63,902 nucleotides of DNA, filler included, from 5 parts of 5 records of this genome joined end to end with filler, not necessarily neighbours in it, one strand, 5' to 3'. Counted from the whole stretch's first letter, positions 19,970 to 30,911 are shown. Notes: generated by a model not told the origin, from the letters alone. Translations and numbers: made by a program.

Positions 19970-20887
19970 TTGATCGGCCTGTGGCAGAATGCGCCGCGCC
20001 TGATCGAAACCTCAATCGTGCCGAAAGGATCCGTCTTGCAGGGTAGCCAGGGGGAAAAGACCGGAGAAAAGACCAAGGTTCTCGCGCAGGTGCGTCACGC
20101 GCGCATTCTTGACGTTCTGGCCGAATTCGGGGCGCTTTCGGTCTCCGATGTCGCGGGACAGCTTGGCGTTTCCGAAATGACGGTCAGACGGGACCTTGCC
20201 GAACTGGAGAAGGAAGGCAAGCTTGCCCGCACCCATGGCGGCGCCGTGCGCTCCGAACAGAGCGCAGAACCCGTCTCCGCACCGGCCGCCCTTCCCGGCG
20301 AACCGTCGTTCCAGCTCAGAGCCGTCAAGAATGCGCTTGCCAAGCAGGCCATCGCCGTTGAAGCCGAAGCGCTTTCCGCCGGCGCGCGCACCATCGCGCT
20401 CGATGTCGGCACCACGGCGCTGCTGTTGGCCAGAAGACTGCAGGACCGCCAGCACACCAAGATCTTCACCAGTTCTGTCCGCAACGCCTTTTTCCTCGGC
20501 GAGGGTCTGGCCGAGGTCTATCTGCCGGGCGGGCGTATGCGCGGCGACGAGATGTCGATTTCCGGCCCGGCAGCCATTGCCGATTTCAACACGCTCTGGT
20601 TCGACATCGCCTTCATCGGCATTTCCGGGCTGACCCCCCAGGGGATATACGACTATTCCTTCGACGATGCCGAGATGAAGCGCGTGTTCCTGAGCCGCTC
20701 GACGCGCAAGGTCGTCCTGTGCGACGCCTCCAAATTTTCCTGCATGTCGCTGGTCCATGTCGCCGATCTTGAACAGTTTGATGTGCTGGTCACCGATGCC
20801 GAGCCGCCGGCAGACCTCGCACAGGCGCTCGCCGCCGCCAAGGTCGAGGTCCGCATCGCCAGCCCTGCGCGCAAAATGGCATCCTGA
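19970..20887 (+). CDS. DeoR/GlpR transcriptional regulator (true start probably further downstream)
   Basis: VSEMTVRRDL...RTHGGA HTH; LDVGTT and DASKF sensor motifs. Confidence 0.9.
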   Translation: MIGLWQNAPRLIETSIVPKGSVLQGSQGEKTGEKTKVLAQVRHARILDVLAEFGALSVSDVAGQLGVSEMTVRRDLAELEKEGKLARTHGGAVRSEQSAEPVSAPAALPGEPSFQLRAVKNALAKQAIAVEAEALSAGARTIALDVGTTALLLARRLQDRQHTKIFTSSVRNAFFLGEGLAEVYLPGGRMRGDEMSISGPAAIADFNTLWFDIAFIGISGLTPQGIYDYSFDDAEMKRVFLSRSTRKVVLCDASKFSCMSLVHVADLEQFDVLVTDAEPPADLAQALAAAKVEVRIASPARKMAS

Positions 20888-20940
20888 CCGCAACTTCCGG
20901 GCTAGGCCCGCCAGACTGCTTTCCCAAATGGAGTACTTCA

Positions 20941-21741
20941 ATGGTTTTCGAGTTTTTTGGCGCCAAGAAAAAAGCGGTGATCGCCATGGCCCATATCGGC
21001 GCACTGCCCGGCTCCCCGCAATATGACAAGGGTGGCGGCCTCGACAAGCTTATCGCAGACGTGCTCTCCGATATCGAGAAGCTGCAGGCCGGCGGTGTCG
21101 ACGCGATCATGTTCGGCAATGAGAACGACCGCCCCTATGTGAAGAAAGCCCCCGTCGAGGGCATTGCCGCGATGACTGCCGTGGTGCAGGCGCTGAAGCC
21201 GGAAATCAAGGTGCCCTTCGGCGTCAATTACCTCTGGGATCCGGAAGCAAGCGTGGCCATCGGCGCGGTTACCGGCGCAAGCTTCGTGCGCGAGATCTTC
21301 ACCGGCGTGTTTGCCTCCGACATGGGGGTCTGGGCACCGGATTGCGCCACGCCGGCAAGACTTCGCGCCAATCTCGGCGCCAAGGACATGAAGCTGCTGT
21401 TCAACATCAATGCCGAATTCGCCCACCCGCTCGACCAACGGCCGATCGCGCTGCGCGCAAAGAGCGCGGTGTTTTCGTCGATGGCAGACGCCATTCTGGT
21501 CTCCGGTCCGATCACCGGCCAACCCGCCGACCAGTCGGAGCTGAAAACCGTGTGCGAGACGATCGAAGAGGTTCCGGTCTTTGCCAATACCGGCGTCAAT
21601 ATCGACAATGTGACCGACGTCATGTCGGTTGCCGACGGCTGCGTCATCGGCACGCATTTCAAGGTCGATGGCGACACCTGGAACCCGGTCGATCAGGACC
21701 GCGTCAGCCGCTTCATGGACAAGGTCGCAACGCTGCGCTGA
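20941..21741 (+). CDS. BtpA/SgcQ family TIM-barrel protein
   Basis: HIGALPGSP, FGNENDRPY, GVNYLWD, FANTGV and GTHFKVDG motifs. Confidence 0.88.
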   Translation: MVFEFFGAKKKAVIAMAHIGALPGSPQYDKGGGLDKLIADVLSDIEKLQAGGVDAIMFGNENDRPYVKKAPVEGIAAMTAVVQALKPEIKVPFGVNYLWDPEASVAIGAVTGASFVREIFTGVFASDMGVWAPDCATPARLRANLGAKDMKLLFNINAEFAHPLDQRPIALRAKSAVFSSMADAILVSGPITGQPADQSELKTVCETIEEVPVFANTGVNIDNVTDVMSVADGCVIGTHFKVDGDTWNPVDQDRVSRFMDKVATLR

Positions 21742-21772
21742 CCCTCGCTCAAACCACAGGCCGGAGGCAACC

Positions 21773-23266
21773 ATGACGCATGTGATCGGTCTCGATATCG
21801 GGACAACATCCACGATCGGCATCCTGATCGAGCTGCCCGGCCGGGTCGTGGGGCTCGCCTCGAGACCCGTCACGCTGTCCTCGCCGCATCACGGCTGGGC
21901 GGAAGAAGACCCCCTGCAATGGTGGGGAAACGTTCAGGAGATCACCCGCGAGCTGCTGGCGGTGGAAGGCACGGATCCGGCCGATATCGGTGCGCTCGGC
22001 GTCACCGGCATGCTGCCGGCCGTGGTGCTTCTGGATCAGGCCGGGGCTGTGCTCAGACCAAGCATACAGCAAAGCGACGGGCGTTCGGGGCGCGAGGTCG
22101 AGGCCATGCGCCGCGAGCGCGACGAGGCCGCCTTCATCGCCAAGGCCGGAAACGGCATCAACCAGCAGCTTGTGACCGCCAAACTGCGCTGGATCGAAAA
22201 CCATGAGCCCGATGTGTTTTCCCGCATCGCCACGGTGTTCGGCTCCTATGATTTCATCAATTTCAAGCTCACCGGCAAACGCGCCGTCGAGCAGAACTGG
22301 GCGCTGGAAGCGGGTTTCGTCGATGTCGCAAGCGGCACGCTCGACGACGACCTGATCGGCTGGGCGCATCTGCCCCCAAACGCCATTCCGCCCAAGATCG
22401 CCTCGCATGAAGTGCTGGGCACCGTCAGCGAGGAAGCCGCTGCCTTTACCGGTCTATGCGCGGGAACGCCCGTTGTCGGCGGTGCTGCGGACATGGTCGC
22501 TTCGGCGTTCGGCGCGGGCGTGCAGGAAGCCGGCGATGTTCTTTTGAAATTCGGCGGCGCGGTCGATATCCTGACGGCGACCGACAAGGTGCGCCCCGAT
22601 CCGCGCATGTTTCTAGACTATCACCTGATCCCAGGCCTCTATATGCCGAACGGCTGCATGTCGACGGGCGGCTCGGCGCTCAACTGGTTCATCGAAACCT
22701 TTGCTGGCAAGGAGCAGCTTGCAGCCGAAGCGGAGGGCATCTCGACCTATCGCTACCTCGACCGGCTGGCGGAAAACCGTCCGGCAGGCGCGGAGGGCGT
22801 GGTGATCCTGCCTTATCTTCTGGGCGAGAAGACGCCGATCCACGACCCCGATGCGCGCGGGCTGATTTCGGGCCTCACCCTGTCGCATGATATCGGCCAT
22901 CTGTGGCGGGCGCTGCTGGAATCCTATGGCTACGCGCTCAGACACCATATCGACGTGCTCAACGACATGGGCCTCGAGACCACGCGTTTCCTGGTTTCAG
23001 ACGGCGGCGCGCAAAGCGAAATCTGGATGCAGATTGTCGCCGATGTGCTGCAGCAGCCGGTGCAATGCCTGACCGGGCATCCGGGTTCGTGTCTGGGCGT
23101 TGCCTGGACGGCGGCCATGGGCGCCGGGCTTGTGGATGACTGGGCGGGCGTTTCGGCCTTTGTCGGACAGGGCGTCACGGTTACGCCCGATGTGTCGCAC
23201 CGGGCGGTCTATGATGATGGCTATGCCCGCTTCCGCGCGCTCTACCGGCCACACGTCGAACCCTGA
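21773..23266 (+). CDS. FGGY-family carbohydrate kinase
   Basis: GLDIGTTS, GWAEEDP, PYLLGEKTP and SDGGAQS motifs; GGAGG RBS before ATG at 21773. Confidence 0.9.
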   Translation: MTHVIGLDIGTTSTIGILIELPGRVVGLASRPVTLSSPHHGWAEEDPLQWWGNVQEITRELLAVEGTDPADIGALGVTGMLPAVVLLDQAGAVLRPSIQQSDGRSGREVEAMRRERDEAAFIAKAGNGINQQLVTAKLRWIENHEPDVFSRIATVFGSYDFINFKLTGKRAVEQNWALEAGFVDVASGTLDDDLIGWAHLPPNAIPPKIASHEVLGTVSEEAAAFTGLCAGTPVVGGAADMVASAFGAGVQEAGDVLLKFGGAVDILTATDKVRPDPRMFLDYHLIPGLYMPNGCMSTGGSALNWFIETFAGKEQLAAEAEGISTYRYLDRLAENRPAGAEGVVILPYLLGEKTPIHDPDARGLISGLTLSHDIGHLWRALLESYGYALRHHIDVLNDMGLETTRFLVSDGGAQSEIWMQIVADVLQQPVQCLTGHPGSCLGVAWTAAMGAGLVDDWAGVSAFVGQGVTVTPDVSHRAVYDDGYARFRALYRPHVEP

Positions 23267-23416
23267 CGGCAGGCCGCGCGCGCCAGGCCCAGGCCGTGGT
23301 CGGGGACGGTTCCTGCGGAAAAAGCCGATCAGGCTCCGGATGTGTCTGTCAGCCCCCGGACGATCCCCCGGCGAGTTTCACAAGAGCTCAGCGCATGTTT
23401 TGGCGGCGCGCCCGTC

Positions 23417-23494
23417 TCACCAGGCGCGGATGCCGCCATCGACGGCGATGTCGGCGGCGGCGACCTCTTCCGGCTGGCCCATGCGGTTCATCAT
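23417..23494 (-). pseudogene. Relic SDR C-terminus with internal deletion
   Basis: Minus strand reads MMNRMGQPEEVAAA-DIAVDGGIRAW*. Confidence 0.6.
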
Positions 23495-23769
23495 CCCCCG
23501 GCCGAACTGGATGCGCGCGCCGCACTTACGGCGCTGCACGGCCGCTTTTCCGGCGAAGGCTTCGGGCGGGAGTGTCGCCTTGTTCGAAGCTGATCAGCGC
23601 TTCGAGCATTTCATGCCGCGTCGCGATCAACGCCTCAACGGCCTCCTCGGCCATCACAAAAAGCCGCAGCATCGCGCCGTCATGGATGGTCATTACCGAT
23701 GGAGGGACAATGACTTTATCGGGCGGCTTTCGCCTGGCCGGCTTTCAAGGTCGCTCCGGCGATACGGGC

Positions 23770-25443
23770 TCACAGGTTCTTGGCATGGGTCGCCGAATTT
23801 TCCGGACCGGCGCCACCACCCAAATTGCGGCAGGCCCGGATCGTCAACGCCATGACCGTGAGCGTGGTCCCGGCAATGCCGCTGCCGGGAAAGGCGCTCG
23901 CATCCGTGACCAGAACATTGGGGGCATCCCAGAGCCGGTTGAACGGATCGAGCACGGATGTTTCGGGGGTCTCGCCCATGCGCGCGCCGCCGGTCTCGTG
24001 GATAGCCGCGCCCATGCGCATCGACTTGCCGAACCAGAGACGAAACATCATGCGGCTGAAGGGATCGGCTTGCGGGAAGGCGCCCTTTCCGAATTCCTTC
24101 AAACCCGAGGGCGAGCCGACGAATTCCAGTTCGCCGCCAATGCCGTGGATCATGTCGACAATGGTCTCCTCCTGCCGACGGAGAAGCGCTTTTTCCTCCT
24201 CGTGCATGACGCAGCGGATATGCGGCGCGGGAATGCCCCAGGCATCCTTGCGCCGGCGATCCAGCGTGATGCGATTGTCCGGGTATGGCAGCATGCGGCC
24301 AAAACCGAAGAAGGAGAGTTGCGCATCGCTGTCGTCAGCCACCGGACTTCGTCCGACACTGCCCTGATAGTCGAAATCGCCGCGCGCCTGCTCGCTTTCA
24401 TCGAACCGGGGGATGAATATTCCGCCGGATGCATTGTAGAACGGGTCCTCCGGGGCCGAACTGTCGCGCGCCCAGCCCTTGGCGCCCGGAAACGAGCCGA
24501 ACACCAGGCATGGAAGCTGATCCATAAAATAGCGGCCAAGCAGGCCGGAACTGTTGCCCAGGCCGTCGGGATGCCGGGAAGAGGCCGAATTCAGCAGCAG
24601 CCTGACGCTTTCCACGGGAGAGGCGCAGACAACGACCTTCGCCCCATGGACAATTTCCGCGTTCCCCGTCTCCCGGTCGATAAACTCCACGCCCGTCGCC
24701 AGACCGGTTTCGTCATCCGTTACCACGCGGCGGACGACGGCATTGTAGCGGATGCTCAGCCGGCCGCTCGCCATGGCTTCGCGCAAGGGCCGCGGCACCC
24801 GCTCCGGATCGGGGGCGATATAGCGCCACGAAACCACGTGACGACCCGGCCATCGGTTCTCGACCGCAGACTTGAATGCCTGTTCGCCCGGCGTCAGCAT
24901 CGCAGGCCGGCAATAGATGCCGTCGGGCAGCGTTTCGACATAATCCCTGTTGCCGTATAGCCCGAGGCAACGCTCGACCTCGTCGTAGAAGGGCAACAGA
25001 TCGTCGTAGGAAATCGGCCAGTCCTCGCCCTTGCCCGTTCGCGACCTGATCTTGAAATCCGCATCGGTCCAGCGCAGCAGCACGCGACCGAAACTGTGAA
25101 GGCGACCGCCGCCCTGCCGGCCGCGAATCCAGAGAAAGGGTTCGCCCTTCGGCGTGGTGTAGGGATTTTTTCTGTCGTTAACGAAGAAATGGCTCAGGCG
25201 CTCGGTGAAGAATGCGGCCCGCGCCTGGATCGGCTGGCCCTTCAGCGTGGCGCGCATGCGCTCCCAGATATTGATGGCGCCGGCCGGCGGCTTCTTCCGG
25301 TCCGGATCGAAATCCTTCGCCCCGATCTCGCGGCCAGCCTCCAGAAGAAGGACGGAAAGCCCCTGCTCCGTCAGTTCCTTTGCCGCGAACGAACCGGCAG
25401 CACCGGAACCGATCACAAGCGCGTCGTATATCTTGGTGGACAT
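23770..25443 (-). CDS. GMC-family FAD oxidoreductase
   Basis: IGSGAAG...LLLEAG, HETGGARMG and NVLVTDASAFP motifs. Confidence 0.9.
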   Translation of the reverse strand: MSTKIYDALVIGSGAAGSFAAKELTEQGLSVLLLEAGREIGAKDFDPDRKKPPAGAINIWERMRATLKGQPIQARAAFFTERLSHFFVNDRKNPYTTPKGEPFLWIRGRQGGGRLHSFGRVLLRWTDADFKIRSRTGKGEDWPISYDDLLPFYDEVERCLGLYGNRDYVETLPDGIYCRPAMLTPGEQAFKSAVENRWPGRHVVSWRYIAPDPERVPRPLREAMASGRLSIRYNAVVRRVVTDDETGLATGVEFIDRETGNAEIVHGAKVVVCASPVESVRLLLNSASSRHPDGLGNSSGLLGRYFMDQLPCLVFGSFPGAKGWARDSSAPEDPFYNASGGIFIPRFDESEQARGDFDYQGSVGRSPVADDSDAQLSFFGFGRMLPYPDNRITLDRRRKDAWGIPAPHIRCVMHEEEKALLRRQEETIVDMIHGIGGELEFVGSPSGLKEFGKGAFPQADPFSRMMFRLWFGKSMRMGAAIHETGGARMGETPETSVLDPFNRLWDAPNVLVTDASAFPGSGIAGTTLTVMALTIRACRNLGGGAGPENSATHAKNL

Positions 25444-25466
25444 GTATTTCCGATCGTATTTGCGTA

Positions 25467-26070
25467 TTACAGACGGTGGCCGGCGTCATCGAAGAGCGAC
25501 GCCCTGGCGATATCGATCCCGGGCGCGATCTCGTCTCCGGGTTGCAGGGTCACCTCGTCCATGGTTCTGAGCGAAAGGCTGCTCTCACCCCGGTCGAACC
25601 AAACGATCGCATCGGCGCCCATCGGTTCGACGACAGCGACACGGCCGGCAATGACGGGAAGCCCCGCCCCCGCGCCGTCGATCACGAGATGCTCGGGACG
25701 GAAGCCGAGCGTCGCCTGGCCGGCGCGCGCGCCCTCCCGGAAGGCATAGCCTGAAAGGTCGAGCGAAAGATCCGGGCTGACAAAAACCGGTCCGCCGTCC
25801 GCAAGCTCGATGCTGCCGGAGATGAAATTCATCGCGGGAGCGCCGATGAAGCCCGCGACGAACAGGTTGACGGGACGATGATAGATTTCCGATGGCGCGG
25901 CGATCTGCTGGATGACGCCGTCACGCATGATCGCAATGCGATCGGCCAATGTCAGCGCCTCCACCTGATCGTGGGTAACGTAGATCATCGTGTTGCCGAG
26001 TTGCTGATGGAGCTTCTTGATCTCCACGCGAAGCTCGTTTCGCAGCTTGGCATCGAGGTTCGACAGCGGC
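25467..26070 (-). CDS. Sugar ABC transporter ATP-binding protein, C-terminal part
   Basis: [32 protein letters not shown] and TOBE domain; truncated by the contig end. Confidence 0.9.
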
Positions 26071-26170
26071 NNNNNNNNNNNNNNNNNNNNNNNNNNNNNN
26101 NNNNNNNNNNNNNNTTAATTAATTAANNNNNNNNNNNNNNNNNNNNNNNNNNNNNNNNNNNNNNNNNNNN
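26071..26170. other. Artificial contig linker
   Basis: N44-TTAATTAATTAA-N44. Confidence 0.98.
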
Positions 26171-26359
26171 ACGCTTCTGGAAACGGTCGATACGGCCACC
26201 GGTATCCATCACTTTCTGCTTGCCTGTGTAGAACGGGTGACACTGGGAGCACACATCCAGAGTCAGGTCCTGAGTGAACGTGGAACGTGTCTTGAGAACA
26301 TTACCGCAGGAACAGGTAGCGGTAATCTCGGCATACTTGGGGTGAATACCTTCTTTCAT
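26171..26359 (-). CDS. rpmE: 50S ribosomal protein L31 (Zn-binding type, 3' truncated)
   Basis: MKEGIHPKY...CSCG...[14 protein letters not shown]. Confidence 0.97.
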
Positions 26360-26631
26360 GGCGAACCTCTATCGGTCATGCCGCTACCAGATCACGGGAC
26401 TGCCTGGTTTTCATAGCAATCCGGGTGTCGGGCACCGCATGTTTGAATCAATTGAGAAGACGGGGCACAATCATGCCCTGCCGGAAACAGACCGCGAATC
26501 TTACTTGCAAATGCGGTATCAGGCAAGCCCCGGACCGTCATATCATCCCGCCCGACACGGGACACGCCGGTTTTCAGCTCCTTAAAAGGATAGGCAGATA
26601 CCGTGACACCTTCATCGCCATGGAGCCACAT

Positions 26632-28800
26632 GTGCCCCGAACTGCGCGTATAGCATTGAACCGCCCTATCCGGCGGCTGTTCGATTATCTGGTGCCAGAT
26701 CACATTGCACTGCAACCAGGCCAGCGTGTAACGGTCCCCTTCGGACGTCAATCGGCTACCGGGCTGGTGGTCGAAACAGACGCAAAACCACCGGAGGGCA
26801 TCACCCTTAAACCCGTCCGGTCCGCCGCCGAGGCGTGGCCAGCACTGCCCCCGGAAACCTTTCGCCTTCTTAGCTGGGCATCTGATTACTATCAGCACCC
26901 ACTAGGAGAGTGCCTTTTTACCGCACTACCACCAGCGCTCCGTCGCGGCAGACCTGCCGTGGAGAATGCCGATCCCTACTGGCAAGCCTGCGGCGATCCG
27001 GCGCTGCTGCCCGGCAACGCAACACGACAGAGAGAACTGCTGGCGTGGCTAAACCGCCAGCCCGGCGGCGCAGGCAGCAAGCAGATTGTGCGGGCCGGTT
27101 TCACGCAGTCGCAAATCCGAAGCCTTCAGGAAAAAGAACTGATCCGCGAGACCACGCCACCCACCCCAGATGGCGTAACAGAGGAAACCCGGAATCGTAT
27201 CCCCGTACTGTCTCCAGCCCAACAAGAAGCCGCCAACCAACTTCCATCGCCAGACAACGGTTTCGCGACAGCGCTCCTGTTTGGCATTACAGGCAGCGGG
27301 AAGACCGAGCTCTACCTTCATTACCTGAAGACTCACCTGGACGACCGACACCAGGCACTCGTCCTGGTACCAGAGATCAACCTGACGCCGCAGACCGTAG
27401 CCCGCTTCCAATACTATTTCGGGTCACGCATCGCGGTATGGCACTCGGCACTAAAAGACAGCGAACGACTCTCAACCTGGCTAAGGATCCGCAATGGAGA
27501 GCCGGTCATCCTGATAGGCACGCGCTCGGCTGTATTACTCCCCTTTACCGACCTGAAAACCATCATCGTGGACGAAGAACACGACAGCTCCTATAAACAG
27601 GGGGAAGGGTTCCGCTATTCCGGCAGGGACACCGCGGTCTATCGCGCGCACCTTAATAATTGCCCAGTTATTCTTGGCTCGGCGACGCCCTCCATGGAGT
27701 CATACCAAAATGCCTTGTCTGGCAAGTACCGCCTGGTTCGACTCGAAGAGAGAGCGGGTAACGCCAAGCCTCCAACGATCAAACTTCTGGATATCCGCAG
27801 TCGTCCTCTGGAAGGCGGTCTTTCCCGTCCAGCCCTGCAAGCCATCGAGAAATGCCTCAGCAATGGGCAACAGGCGTTGGTATTCGTGAATCGGAGAGGA
27901 TTCGCTCCGGTCATGATGTGTTTCGACTGCGGCCATATGGTGGAGTGCCCTCACTGCGACACACGCCTGACTTACCACCGCCGCGACCGGGCCATGCGCT
28001 GTCACCACTGCGACTTCCAGACCGCCGCAACAGACCACTGCCCCAAATGTGACAGCGAGGCGTTCAAGCCCGTCGGCCAGGGCACTGAACGCACCGAGGA
28101 CATTCTAACCTCACAGTTCCCAGACACGCCTGTTGTTCGGGTCGACCGGGACAGCACCCAGCGCAAGGGCAGCATCCAGGGCATCCTCAAAAAAGTGAAC
28201 AGCGGGCGCCCCTGCATTCTGGTTGGCACGCAAATGCTGGCCAAGGGCCACGACTTCCCGAACGTTACGCTGGTGGTTGTCGTCAATGCCGATGGCGGAC
28301 TTTTCAGCGTGGACTTCCGGGCTCCGGAACAACTGATCCAGACATTACTGCAAGTGAGCGGCCGGGCCGGCCGTGGGGATAACCCCGGCGAAGTATTGGT
28401 TCAGACCTGTCATAGCGACCACCCCCTGCTGCACTCCCTGGCCGAGGGGCACTATCTCCCCGTTGCCGATCAACTGCTCGCGGAACGCGAAACGGGGCAA
28501 CTCCCCCCCTTTCGTGCAATGGCGATTTTCAGGGCAGAGGCTGAGACGATGGAAAAAAGCCTACAGTTACTGGACACCATAAAACAACAAGCCCGCTACC
28601 AGCAGATAGAGATCTGGGGGCCCCTGCCCGCGCTGATTGCTCGCCGCGCTGATCGCCTTAGAGCTCAACTGGTTCTGCTTTGCAGTAATCGAAAGTACCT
28701 CAACCACACGCTCGGCGTTCTGTGTGAAACGCTGGACCAGAGTAGACTCCCAGCCGGGCTAAAATGGGCCATTGACGTAGACCCGCAGGAAACCGGTTAA
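26632..28800 (+). CDS. priA: Primosomal protein N'
   Basis: GITGSGKTE, DEEH, Zn-finger CxxC pairs, GTQMLAKGHDFP and IDVDP; likely GTG start after GGAG. Confidence 0.95.
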   Translation: MPRTARIALNRPIRRLFDYLVPDHIALQPGQRVTVPFGRQSATGLVVETDAKPPEGITLKPVRSAAEAWPALPPETFRLLSWASDYYQHPLGECLFTALPPALRRGRPAVENADPYWQACGDPALLPGNATRQRELLAWLNRQPGGAGSKQIVRAGFTQSQIRSLQEKELIRETTPPTPDGVTEETRNRIPVLSPAQQEAANQLPSPDNGFATALLFGITGSGKTELYLHYLKTHLDDRHQALVLVPEINLTPQTVARFQYYFGSRIAVWHSALKDSERLSTWLRIRNGEPVILIGTRSAVLLPFTDLKTIIVDEEHDSSYKQGEGFRYSGRDTAVYRAHLNNCPVILGSATPSMESYQNALSGKYRLVRLEERAGNAKPPTIKLLDIRSRPLEGGLSRPALQAIEKCLSNGQQALVFVNRRGFAPVMMCFDCGHMVECPHCDTRLTYHRRDRAMRCHHCDFQTAATDHCPKCDSEAFKPVGQGTERTEDILTSQFPDTPVVRVDRDSTQRKGSIQGILKKVNSGRPCILVGTQMLAKGHDFPNVTLVVVVNADGGLFSVDFRAPEQLIQTLLQVSGRAGRGDNPGEVLVQTCHSDHPLLHSLAEGHYLPVADQLLAERETGQLPPFRAMAIFRAEAETMEKSLQLLDTIKQQARYQQIEIWGPLPALIARRADRLRAQLVLLCSNRKYLNHTLGVLCETLDQSRLPAGLKWAIDVDPQETG

Positions 28801-29002
28801 CTTACTCACCTCCCCTTACTGAAGCCACGCATCAGATTACAAAGTTTTTCAAAAATGAATACCGATCAACATTGCATAGACGCATCCTGTGCTATGATTT
28901 TCAGCAAACTAATAATCAAACTTGTGAAAATACTTAAACTTGCGCATTTCAAGCAGGGAATGTGCTTCGAACTGGCCTTTGCTGTAACGGGAACTGGAGA
29001 AA

Positions 29003-30898
29003 ATGATAATGTCAGGGAAACTCCTTGCACGTGCGTGCGCTATATTTTTAGCGCTAATATTGACGGCCTGCGGTGGCGACGATAATTCTAGCCCGCTCGC
29101 CGGCTCACCTGATGGAAGCGGCGGAAGCGGCGACCCCACGACACCTTCAGAGGATGCTGATGTCGGCACCGTTGAACTCATAGCCAACCCGGTTCGTCTG
29201 GACACATCCACCAACGCCAGCTCAAGCATTACCGCGCGAATCAAAGACTCGAACGGCATTCTTCTGCAGGATGTTCCAGTGAGTTTCAGTGCTAATAACG
29301 GCGGAACTCTAGAGGTAACCCAACAAATCACCGATCAGGCTGGCGTCGCATCTGCGACCCTGACAACCGACAGTGACCCGAGAAACAGAACGGTGACAGT
29401 GACCGCCCAGGCAGGAAGCGTGTCTCGATCACTCAACGTCGAAATATCGGGAACGTCGATTTCAATCTCGGGCCCCTCATCTATTTCCCTTGGTGGCTCA
29501 GCCAACTATAGAGTGACGCTGTCAGATGCTGACGGCAACGGCATCGCAGGACAACCGATAACCCTTTCAACCAATCGGGGCACCCTGTCTGCGTCCAACT
29601 TAACATCTTCCAGCAATGGCTCAGTAGACGTGCAATTGTCCGGCGGAAACACCGGAGGCACCGCAAACATTACAGCCTCTGCCTATAGCGGCAGCAGTCA
29701 GGTTTCTGCTACACAGAATGTGGTCATTGCGGGAGACAGCTTCGCATTCACAGCCCCCGATACCGCTACCGAAGTAGACCTAGGCGTCGAACAACAGGTT
29801 ACAGTTGAGTGGCAGGTAGACGGAAACCCAGTGGCTGATGGTTCTCAGGTGCAGTTCTCTGCCACACGAGGCACTCTCAATCCGGCAAACGGCCTTGTGA
29901 CTACCAGCGGTGGAGAAGCCAGCGTTGGCATTACCTCAACCAACTCTGGAACGACGACTGTGACGGCTACAGACCCAGACTCTGGCCTTTCTGCGGATCT
30001 GTCGTTTGAATTTATCGCAACCACTCCAGACTCGATAAATCTTCAAGCTTCGAAGACTCAGCTTGACCTGGGCGAAACCAGCGAGATCATTGCCGTAATT
30101 CGCGATGCTTCTAACAACTTGGTAAAAAATCAGGAAATCAGCTTCCGTATCCTCGAAGATGGAAGCGGGGGCAACCTGAGCTCCAGCCTCGACGTAACTG
30201 ACTCTCAGGGCCGTGCCTCAACCATTTACACCGCAGGATCAAACACCAGCGGTAGAGATGGCGTAGAAATTGAAGCTGTAGTGGATGGATCTATTTCAGA
30301 TACTGTAACACTGACAGTAGCCCGGCAGGCACTTCGACTGGCTATCGGCACCGGCAACGAAATTGAGGAACCTGACTCTGTTCGATACGTAAAAGAGTAT
30401 GTTGCGATTGTGACAGACGCCAATGGCGCTCCGGTGGAAAACGCCAGTATCGAATTGAGCGCACTGCCGGTTGGCTACAGAAAAGGCTACTATGACGTCA
30501 CAACTGACGATGACTGGGCCATATTCCCTTCAGACCCACAGTTTTGTGAGGCAGAGGACACAAATCAAAATGGTCAGCTCGACCCCGGCGAAGATGTCAA
30601 TGGGAGCGAAAAACTTGAGCCCACCAACTCTGCAGCCACTAGCTCATCATCAATCACGTCTGCCAGTGATGGCTCCGCCAGCTTCTCTCTTCTCTACCCA
30701 CAAAGCCATTGTAACTGGGTACAGATAGAACTGACGGCGACTGTTCGCGTAGGCGGATCGGAGAGTGTTGAAACATCCAGGTTCTACCTTTCATGCCTTG
30801 CTAGCGATCTCAGTAACACCGACATTTCGCCTCCCGGCGGCACTGAGGGCCTATATGGCGTAGCACAGGACTGTTCGGTAGACGATTTCACCAATTAA
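29003..30898 (+). CDS. Ig-like (Big_1, invasin-type) repeat lipoprotein
   Basis: Lipobox LTAC, S/T/V-rich repeats (VPVSFS...TDQAGVASATLT), EDTNQNGQLDPGEDVNG motif. Confidence 0.8.
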   Translation: MIMSGKLLARACAIFLALILTACGGDDNSSPLAGSPDGSGGSGDPTTPSEDADVGTVELIANPVRLDTSTNASSSITARIKDSNGILLQDVPVSFSANNGGTLEVTQQITDQAGVASATLTTDSDPRNRTVTVTAQAGSVSRSLNVEISGTSISISGPSSISLGGSANYRVTLSDADGNGIAGQPITLSTNRGTLSASNLTSSSNGSVDVQLSGGNTGGTANITASAYSGSSQVSATQNVVIAGDSFAFTAPDTATEVDLGVEQQVTVEWQVDGNPVADGSQVQFSATRGTLNPANGLVTTSGGEASVGITSTNSGTTTVTATDPDSGLSADLSFEFIATTPDSINLQASKTQLDLGETSEIIAVIRDASNNLVKNQEISFRILEDGSGGNLSSSLDVTDSQGRASTIYTAGSNTSGRDGVEIEAVVDGSISDTVTLTVARQALRLAIGTGNEIEEPDSVRYVKEYVAIVTDANGAPVENASIELSALPVGYRKGYYDVTTDDDWAIFPSDPQFCEAEDTNQNGQLDPGEDVNGSEKLEPTNSAATSSSSITSASDGSASFSLLYPQSHCNWVQIELTATVRVGGSESVETSRFYLSCLASDLSNTDISPPGGTEGLYGVAQDCSVDDFTN

Positions 30899-30911
30899 GA
30901 AGACACAGCCA

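Noticed and set aside
23296-24960. Long plus-strand ORF (554 aa) and the many similar antisense ORFs in the high-GC contigs
   Set aside because: Shadow frames of well-supported opposite-strand genes with no family motifs
18767-26070. Circular element, since the contig ends hold N- and C-terminal parts of a MalK-like gene on the same strand
   Set aside because: The parts do not overlap (about 70 codons missing) and there are no replication or mobility genes; two paralogues broken at conserved sequence is simpler
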